42,042 bases of DNA, taken from the IMG/VR virus record IMGVR_UViG_3300044970_000547, positions 1-42,042 of that record; one strand, written 5' to 3'. Source of the stretch: a virus. Its lineage: Duplodnaviria > Caudoviricetes. Positions 35,365 to 42,042 of the stretch are shown here, piece after piece. How positions within the stretch are numbered: the stretch's first letter is position 1; the number at the start of each line of letters is the position of its first letter. Both the position numbers and the translations under genes were made by a program. Below the pieces are notes generated by a model. The model was not told the origin of the DNA. It saw only the letters and a program-made list of their open reading frames with translations, and did not search any database.

Positions 35365-37592
35365 TAGCTCTTACGAACGTACATGATAGGAGGCTGCGCT
35401 GCGAAGCCTGTAATAGTTGGTGACGTAGTAGGCAATGCTCCGTATGTGAAGGTGCCAAATAGGCCACGTGACGCACCAGTGACGCTAGATGCACCAAGCA
35501 GTGCCGTGTTAGCACCTGTACCAATAGTACAAGTTGGCGTCGCATTGAACACTGCGACTAGCCAGACGAAACGGCTAGACAGCTTCAATGCAGTGAAGCT
35601 AGCTTCTACAAATGCGATGCTAGTCGTATCGACTGTGCCACAGTCAACGAGTAGTTGATCTGGCATACCAGCATTAGTGCCGTTGTCCTTATTACTATAA
35701 ATGCCTAGACGGCATGCACCAGCAGCACCTGTAGTGACATTGATCCCAATGCGATCAATGGTAGAGTTAGGCAGTCTGATAGGCTGCGCATACAATGTAT
35801 TAGCAATCATTGCAGCAGTCGTAGCAGACAGAAGGATCACAGGTGATGTGTAGTACGAAGTGAAGGATGAACGAATGCCTAACGGCGCAGCGTCTGCTGT
35901 AGCAAAGCTGAAGTCATTAAGTTGGATTGCACGCTCGATGATTAGCTCAGCAGCAAGTGTACCTTGGTGTGGACCACCGCCTCCCCATGGGAGCAGTGGA
36001 ACAATGTCAGGTGATGCAAACTCACGGTCAGTGAGTTCAGGCATATTCAATGCACGAGGATGCAGCATCTGCGTCAGTGATGCGTACTCGTCAGTGGCAC
36101 CTGTCCACGTCAGTACGTTAGATGCAGCACCAGCAGTGCATGTGATCGTAGGCGAGTACGCACCACCACAACGTGGCACGTAACCGTAGAACATAAAGAA
36201 CGCATTGTTCGCAATGTTCACAGGCGTAGCAGGAGCATTACCCGGAGTTAGGTACCCTAAGTAGACACGAGAGCCTTGCTGATGAAAGGTGAAGGAGAAG
36301 TATTGTGATTCGTTACAGATAATACCTGTAGCAGTAGTTGCTACAAATGTGTAATCCTCAGATCCACCTTCAGCAATGCGACTCACCGTAATACGGTATG
36401 ACAATTCAAATGTAGTAGCATTCCTGCTGATCCAGAAGCGGCAGCCATTAGCCGCAGCAGTCTTAGCACCACCGATCTGGAATGAGAACTCATTACCCAT
36501 TGTAGTCCAGTCACCAGGACCAACACGGAAGTTTCCACCCCAGCCGTAGACAGGTACAGATGCTGTCCATGGCATGACTACATCGTAGTTACCTGTGTTA
36601 GCATTACCGATGATAGAACCATCACGGAGTAGTGGAAGGTTCTCTTGTGCAAAGCCAAGGTTCAGTTGACTGAACTGTGTCTCAGTGTCAATGAGACCGT
36701 AGCCATTGGCTAGTGCGTACGAACGGATGCCTGCCGCAGCGTAGAGATAACCCTCACGACTGTTAGCCGCTACTGCTTCAGTCTGCGTCTCACCAATACT
36801 GTTAGTCATGATGATATCAGGCACTTTCGCCCACCCTTGCATAATAGCAAGTGCATCACGGATGTGCTTCATCTGGAAGCTGGAGCCACCATTGCGTGCG
36901 CAGCTAACAATGACTACATCAGGAGCTAAGTCTTCGACGTAATCAAGCCATGGCTGATTAACATCATACCACTCCTGCACAACAGTACCGAAGTGGTTAT
37001 CTGGGAGCGTGTCCCAGTTCATCCCACCGATGCCACGGTTATACCAGTTAATGGTTACACCAGGGTTGTCACGCTCGAATGCTTCACGCAGCTTACCATG
37101 GAAATTGCCAATGTACGATACACCATTAACCTGCGGTGTGGAAACAGAGTCTCCCATTAGTACAATGGTAACTTCACCACGTGCGGCTGCGATTGATCCC
37201 ATAGGACAATGCTGCGAAGCACGGAATGTGGTCAGTGGAGGACGAGGCGGTGACGCATCCTTGGGGATGATAGGTTTAAGCACAGGAGAGCTAACAAGTG
37301 ATCCATCACCAACGAAGATGAGATCAGCAGCTTCCTTGCTCATAGTCGGTACGTAGTATTCCTCTGCAATCTCCATCTTACGATGACCCGCAGCCAATGC
37401 TGCTGCAATGCAGAGGTTAACTGCTACACTGTCATCAATACTACCATCACCGATAGCGTTGAAGTCACGCTTCGGTTCGTAGTATTCTGCACCGCTAGTG
37501 AGGAAGTTATCCGTCAACGATGGATCAATCGGTCGGATAGACATATTCCCAGGAACAGAACCACCCCATGCGAGGTCAATGACAGTAGCCAT
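35364..37592 (-). CDS. SGNH/GDSL esterase-containing tailspike-like virion protein
   Basis: N-terminal DFNAIGDGSIDDS..V tailspike motif, block I LMGDSV, block II NRGIGG, PDVVIV, distal PH; beta-rich C-terminal domain. Confidence 0.7.
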   Translation of the reverse strand: MATVIDLAWGGSVPGNMSIRPIDPSLTDNFLTSGAEYYEPKRDFNAIGDGSIDDSVAVNLCIAAALAAGHRKMEIAEEYYVPTMSKEAADLIFVGDGSLVSSPVLKPIIPKDASPPRPPLTTFRASQHCPMGSIAAARGEVTIVLMGDSVSTPQVNGVSYIGNFHGKLREAFERDNPGVTINWYNRGIGGMNWDTLPDNHFGTVVQEWYDVNQPWLDYVEDLAPDVVIVSCARNGGSSFQMKHIRDALAIMQGWAKVPDIIMTNSIGETQTEAVAANSREGYLYAAAGIRSYALANGYGLIDTETQFSQLNLGFAQENLPLLRDGSIIGNANTGNYDVVMPWTASVPVYGWGGNFRVGPGDWTTMGNEFSFQIGGAKTAAANGCRFWISRNATTFELSYRITVSRIAEGGSEDYTFVATTATGIICNESQYFSFTFHQQGSRVYLGYLTPGNAPATPVNIANNAFFMFYGYVPRCGGAYSPTITCTAGAASNVLTWTGATDEYASLTQMLHPRALNMPELTDREFASPDIVPLLPWGGGGPHQGTLAAELIIERAIQLNDFSFATADAAPLGIRSSFTSYYTSPVILLSATTAAMIANTLYAQPIRLPNSTIDRIGINVTTGAAGACRLGIYSNKDNGTNAGMPDQLLVDCGTVDTTSIAFVEASFTALKLSSRFVWLVAVFNATPTCTIGTGANTALLGASSVTGASRGLFGTFTYGALPTTSPTITGFAAQPPIMYVRKS

Positions 37593-38170
37593 TAGCACGT
37601 CTCCATATCAATAGTAGGCACATTGCCTCGTTTGTCCACTACCTCAATGCGGAATGTATTGAGCATGTCAGCACGGATATCGAGCTTCTCTGCCGCCTTG
37701 TGTCCGCCACGGTCTAGTAAGTCTTTGCTAGCAGCTAGTGCTACCTTGTCATCTTCACTGTCGATGAGTGCTACTACCTTAGTAGCAGCCTTTACTTCAC
37801 CATTGAGTAGAATACTCTTTACCTCTGTAGCAGCTTCCTGCTTTACAGTCTCAATGATGAACTGTTCTAACTGCGAGTACGCAGGCTGTGCACGGAGCAG
37901 AGTAATCTGCTCTACAGTGAACTTAGTAGCTACACTGATCTCTGCGTCAGAGAGTCCACTAGCTGTGTAGACAAGGATAGCTGCATAGCTATTCAACTGC
38001 TTAGGCAGCGCAGGCAGCTCAGCTAACTTACGATGCGTGTTAGACACTAACCGCTGTGCTTGACTGTTCGATGGAACAGCTACACGTGTAAACGTAGAAG
38101 CCACAGATGGGACAATGACTGTCCCATCTGGTAGCCGTAACGGTTCGTTAGCATCAGGTAGCTTGGCCAT
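37592..38170 (-). CDS. putative terminase small subunit
   Basis: HTH-like GLSDAEIS..., C-terminal ALAASKDLLDRGGHKA typical of TerS. Confidence 0.6.
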   Translation of the reverse strand: MAKLPDANEPLRLPDGTVIVPSVASTFTRVAVPSNSQAQRLVSNTHRKLAELPALPKQLNSYAAILVYTASGLSDAEISVATKFTVEQITLLRAQPAYSQLEQFIIETVKQEAATEVKSILLNGEVKAATKVVALIDSEDDKVALAASKDLLDRGGHKAAEKLDIRADMLNTFRIEVVDKRGNVPTIDMETC

Positions 38171-39174
38171 TAGTCCTTGCTCTTACGTGTACTCTTACTA
38201 GCAGCCATCTGCTGACGCTTAGTCAGTGATTGTTTAATCGCAGCACCAGCACCAGATGTATCCTGTGAAGGAGTGTGTGGTGCAGCAGTGTTGCGTGTGC
38301 CCATAGGAGCAGACGGATCACCTTCACCTTTCCAGTTTGACTGCGAAGGCGTAGACGTAGGACGTGTGCCCATCGGTGTAGAAGGATCAGACTCACCACG
38401 CCACGTAGGCGTGTTCGTCTTTACAGACGATGCAGGCGCAGAGGTCGCAGGAGTCTGTACATTACCACCTTGAATGAAGTCATCTACTCCTTCACCACGG
38501 TAAGTAGAACGCTGTCCTGCTTGTGCCCTAGCAGCCAATGCTTCATCAAAGCCTTCACCTGCTTGGTTAAGCATGTTCGACGGCGGACGTGCAGGGTTCT
38601 GTCGCATAATGTCCATTGTCCGCTGTCGCAAGAACTGCTGCATAGCAGGATAAGCACGATTTGCAAGACCAACAGGTCCAGTCCCAAATAGGACGAGTGG
38701 AAGATCGGGATTAGGATTAGGTATTCTCCCTGCACGGATATCCTCCCCGATGGTTTTTAGTGAGAACTCACGCTGCGCTGGCGCAGCAGCTACAGGCGTG
38801 GGGGCAGCAGCAGTACTTGTAGCACTGCCATCTGGCATAGCAGGTTCGTCACCTAGATATGCAGCAATGCTGTCACGTACATTAGTGGGCAACTGTCCAG
38901 GAGGACTCATTAACAATGAGTCCTGTGGAATAGTAGGCGGCTGTTGTGTAGGAGGAATAGGAGGCGTCGGCAACTGTTGCGGTGATGCAGCTTGCTGCGA
39001 TGCGCCCATTGTACGATCCATGCTACGGTTAACCGCAGGTAGTACTGCACCTTCTACATTCATGTCATTCTGTGCTAGTGCCAACATGCCACGGTTCAAG
39101 TTAGCCGTAGTCATAGGCAAGCCTTGCTGCTGTAGCAGTGATACTACAGCAGCATGTGTCTCCTGTGGAGTCAT
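38170..39174 (-). CDS. Pro/Gln/Thr-rich low-complexity protein
   Basis: 334-aa ORF with repeats W(R/K)GE.DPS.PMGTR; TAATG coupling on both sides. Confidence 0.7.
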   Translation of the reverse strand: MTPQETHAAVVSLLQQQGLPMTTANLNRGMLALAQNDMNVEGAVLPAVNRSMDRTMGASQQAASPQQLPTPPIPPTQQPPTIPQDSLLMSPPGQLPTNVRDSIAAYLGDEPAMPDGSATSTAAAPTPVAAAPAQREFSLKTIGEDIRAGRIPNPNPDLPLVLFGTGPVGLANRAYPAMQQFLRQRTMDIMRQNPARPPSNMLNQAGEGFDEALAARAQAGQRSTYRGEGVDDFIQGGNVQTPATSAPASSVKTNTPTWRGESDPSTPMGTRPTSTPSQSNWKGEGDPSAPMGTRNTAAPHTPSQDTSGAGAAIKQSLTKRQQMAASKSTRKSKD

Positions 39175-39632
39175 TATCGACCTACCTTACTACCACCACC
39201 ATTACCACTGCGATCAGTGGGATAGCCTAAGCTACCATTGGTGACAACATGCCCAGCGTAGCGGCCATCACGCAGCATCTTCGAGTCAATATATGACTCC
39301 ATCGCAGAGGTAGTCACACCATTGGACAGTGTGTGCGTCTCGACAGTGCGTGCTCCACCATAGGTGAGACTATTGAATGGCGTCTGCGCCTGCACACGCT
39401 TCACACTTTCAGCAGCTGATCCACCAGGAGCAGCACCATTCAGTGAGATAACTGCACGACGCATAGCACGGAAGCCATGACGGATCATTGCAACAGCAAC
39501 AGCACGTTCAGTGCTGCTACGTCCGTAGCGAGCCATCGCATTGTACGATGCTTCGTTACCGCTGCCGGTAATGCCAGCAGTGCTGCTGTAGAATGGACTG
39601 TAACCAGTTACAGTGGGAGCGCCGAAGGACAT
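39174..39632 (-). CDS. hypothetical protein, first gene of the late operon
   Basis: AGGTG SD; TAATG-coupled to the next gene. Confidence 0.7.
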   Translation of the reverse strand: MSFGAPTVTGYSPFYSSTAGITGSGNEASYNAMARYGRSSTERAVAVAMIRHGFRAMRRAVISLNGAAPGGSAAESVKRVQAQTPFNSLTYGGARTVETHTLSNGVTTSAMESYIDSKMLRDGRYAGHVVTNGSLGYPTDRSGNGGGSKVGR

Positions 39633-39743
39633 ACATCACCTGTGTTGTATATGAGTACATTGTAGTGTGGTGGCGTAGTACTGTGTACTACTGTGTACGT
39701 ATGTATATATCTCAACCACCCTGCCACCACCCTCATTCTATGA

Positions 39744-39773
39744 GGCATAGCCCTACGGGGTGTGTCTTGTCAA
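39744..39773 (-). promoter_or_regulatory. candidate late-operon promoter
   Basis: TTGACA on the minus strand (39773-39768) with GC-TATGCC 18 nt downstream; weak -10. Confidence 0.4.
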
Positions 39774-39933
39774 GTCTCAATAATAGTACATCGTACTGTA
39801 CAGTACTACAGACAATAAGGAATATCAATGACTTATAGGGGCGACTCCAAAGGAGGCGCCTCCGTTTCTCTCTACCCTGTTACATATATATCACATTTAC
39901 CGCACTATGTACAGCTACAACACTGTGCAGTAG

Positions 39934-39963
39934 TACTACTACTACTACTACTACTACTACTAC
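39934..39963. repeat. (TAC)10 trinucleotide microsatellite
   Basis: Read directly. Confidence 0.98.
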
Positions 39964-40460
39964 GCTAATAGCAGTACTACAGTATAGCACAGATGGGAGC
40001 ATCTATGTGATGACAGTGGCAATGACAGTGGCAGCAGCAATTCTACGCAATGCGTGAACACATGGTATCGACATAACCACACACAGCGACGCTGTGCACA
40101 ATACCCCCGCTTTGGGATCACGCAATGACGGGGGGGGCCTTGTGTGAACAGGGGGCAGTCATTGAATGCAATGCCGCGGCTTAACGTGTGTTAAGCATGG
40201 CCGAGCGGTCATAGGTCAACAAGGTTGTCCTATTGGATACCAACCATGCGCCGTAGCAGATAAGGGTCAACAGTGTTGTCGTATATCAGGGTGAGCCGCA
40301 TTGAGCCTCACTACCGCCAGCGTCCTGCACCCTACTGCTACCGCTGTTAGCATCGACTGCTATTCTGTCATCACTACTAACAATGTGTGGATTGTATATG
40401 CAGCATGTATGTCCATACAGCATTTGGATGTGTGAACAATATCAATGCGTTGCATGTGAG

Positions 40461-40489
40461 TTGACTTAGCATTCAGCGAGCGATATAAA
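40461..40489 (+). promoter_or_regulatory. sigma70-type first early promoter
   Basis: TTGACT-17 nt-TATAAA. Confidence 0.7.
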
Positions 40490-40595
40490 CCAAATCGTGT
40501 TGGACGATGTGTCTAACAGCCTACCGCTCTTTGACAATCGCATATGATGACAATGGACCGCTTGGCTTGCAGCAATGCAAGCAAAGGGTAAAGAC

Positions 40596-40859
40596 ATGAA
40601 CAAATACAAATACAATCGCATGATGGCACTAGAAGACAATGGTGCGCTCGACTGCGAGGCTGAACACTACAATGAAACCGCAGAACCAATCGACTATAAT
40701 GCCGAGTATGACGCATACGCAGAGTATGATGACTGCCGCATGGCGGGCTACTACCAACGCCAACACGCACTAGCAGTCAGAGGCAATGCCGAGAACGGTA
40801 TTATCTACTATCAGACCTACGATGTGCAGGTGCTAGCACTAGGCTACGTCGAAGAATAA
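40596..40859 (+). CDS. small acidic Tyr-rich early protein
   Basis: AAAGGG SD before ATG 40596; 87 aa. Confidence 0.65.
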   Translation: MNKYKYNRMMALEDNGALDCEAEHYNETAEPIDYNAEYDAYAEYDDCRMAGYYQRQHALAVRGNAENGIIYYQTYDVQVLALGYVEE

Positions 40860-40926
40860 GCCCACCTACTACCGTTCCCAAACGCTGCAAGCTTGGTGGT
40901 CCATTGTCCATTGCATAGAATAGGGA

Positions 40927-42021
40927 ATGTTTAACATGGTTAAGAAGACAACAACCGTTGCTGCTACTGTTACCACAGATAGCGGAAACAACGCGCCGGC
41001 TTACGACTATGCCATTGAGATGAAGGGCATGGTTCAAGATTGGCGTGAAGCCGAGAAGGCCGGTAGCCAGCGCGAAAACGCCATTGCCCACGCGGGCTTC
41101 CGGCTCGCTCGAATTCTCGTCAACGACTTGCTTCCACAGACAGCGGCTTACAATCTACTGCGGAAGCATACGCCTGAAGCGTTCTTCACTTCTGAAGAAG
41201 TGCGGCGCGTGTGGAAGTCGCCAGAAGTGCTGACTTCATTTGTTGACGTGGAAAGAGCGGATAACGATGCTGACCTGACGAACAAGGTGCGTGCATCGTG
41301 GTCACGGACTGTCGAGTTGGCTTTCACTATTTGGGCCTGCCGCAATCATTATGCGAACAAGCCTACCGCTGTAGACATGGATAAATGTCTAGTCCCTGCC
41401 GCAGCATTCGTGGAAGCATCAAACAAGTGGCAATTCCTGCATGACAATGAAGAAGGTAAGCGTATGCTTGTCGCATTCGGCACAAGGCAGGAAGAATTGC
41501 AGGGCCGTGACCGCAGCAATGGAGGCAGTCGCACGGTCAAACTGCCATTCATTCCGTCAGTTTCTGCCTTTAACAGCCTCCGCGGCGCGTGGCTTACTGT
41601 CACGGAACAGCGCGCTAAGCGGGATCGCGGCGATAGCAAGAGCAACGCTAAGGCTGATCCGCATGGCGTCCCAGCGATGGGCCAGCCCATGACAGCTACG
41701 GCGGCGCCGGAATTGCTGACCAAGGCTTTCACAAATCTTGCCACGGATGGAAAACATACTGTCCTGCCAGCCATGGCCAAGGATGAGAAGGGTAAGGAAG
41801 GTATCGGCAATATGCTCTACGCAGTCCTGACCAACCTGGCGTTGAACGATGCGGACTTCCTACGGGGCGTAATCGTAGACGCGGTGCACGATGACAACGC
41901 AGGCAACGCGCTGCGCTCTATGCTTGCCACCGTTCTTAACGACGCCGCCAAGGCTGACGCCGTGCGAGTCAGTGACGAATTGCATGACGCAATCCGCGAT
42001 CCGTTCACTGCTACTGCCTGA
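40927..42021 (+). CDS. hypothetical early protein (364 aa)
   Basis: Long ORF with AGGGA SD; no recognisable motif. Confidence 0.8.
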   Translation: MFNMVKKTTTVAATVTTDSGNNAPAYDYAIEMKGMVQDWREAEKAGSQRENAIAHAGFRLARILVNDLLPQTAAYNLLRKHTPEAFFTSEEVRRVWKSPEVLTSFVDVERADNDADLTNKVRASWSRTVELAFTIWACRNHYANKPTAVDMDKCLVPAAAFVEASNKWQFLHDNEEGKRMLVAFGTRQEELQGRDRSNGGSRTVKLPFIPSVSAFNSLRGAWLTVTEQRAKRDRGDSKSNAKADPHGVPAMGQPMTATAAPELLTKAFTNLATDGKHTVLPAMAKDEKGKEGIGNMLYAVLTNLALNDADFLRGVIVDAVHDDNAGNALRSMLATVLNDAAKADAVRVSDELHDAIRDPFTATA

Positions 42022-42042
42022 CAACAAACAAGCCCCCATGGT

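Noticed and set aside
40181-40194. CtrA binding site
   Set aside because: TTAA-N6-TTAA rather than N7; the TTAAC next to the -35 boxes has no partner half-site
40531-40560. Second early promoter at TTGACA 40531
   Set aside because: No -10-like hexamer at 16-18 nt spacing
42022-42042. Terminal repeat or exact circular join
   Set aside because: The end does not overlap the start and appears to stop inside a hairpin; a gap of unknown size probably remains

Overview
This window is a near-complete (~42 kb) genome of a tailed, podovirus-like bacteriophage, opened inside its early region. The + strand (40596-42021, continuing at 265-17101) carries small early genes, ThyX, tRNA-Leu(UAA), MazG-like, Lar-like, a Cas4-like nuclease/AAA ATPase/SSB recombination module, a RecD-like helicase, a dNMP kinase, a UDG-like-domain/family A DNA polymerase split into two ORFs by a small inserted gene, and a DUF3987-like ATPase. 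The - strand (39632-17093) carries TerS, an SGNH tailspike-like gene, TerL, portal, scaffold, major capsid, podovirus adaptor/nozzle, tail fibre, a holin-like gene, two GNATs and four putative ejection proteins. I recognise no integrase, RNA polymerase, primase or endolysin. The most interesting signals are the split polymerase with non-canonical motifs; an origin-like element (back-to-back promoters, GCGNAGC-type mini-hairpins, AT-rich tract) inside the virion module of a phage with no visible primase; genome-wide avoidance of homopolymer runs; tandem NrdR-like boxes at the SSB promoter; a family of hairpins with TAACA loops; and GNAT/ejection-protein pairs. All calls are by-eye motif recognition; no database search was run.
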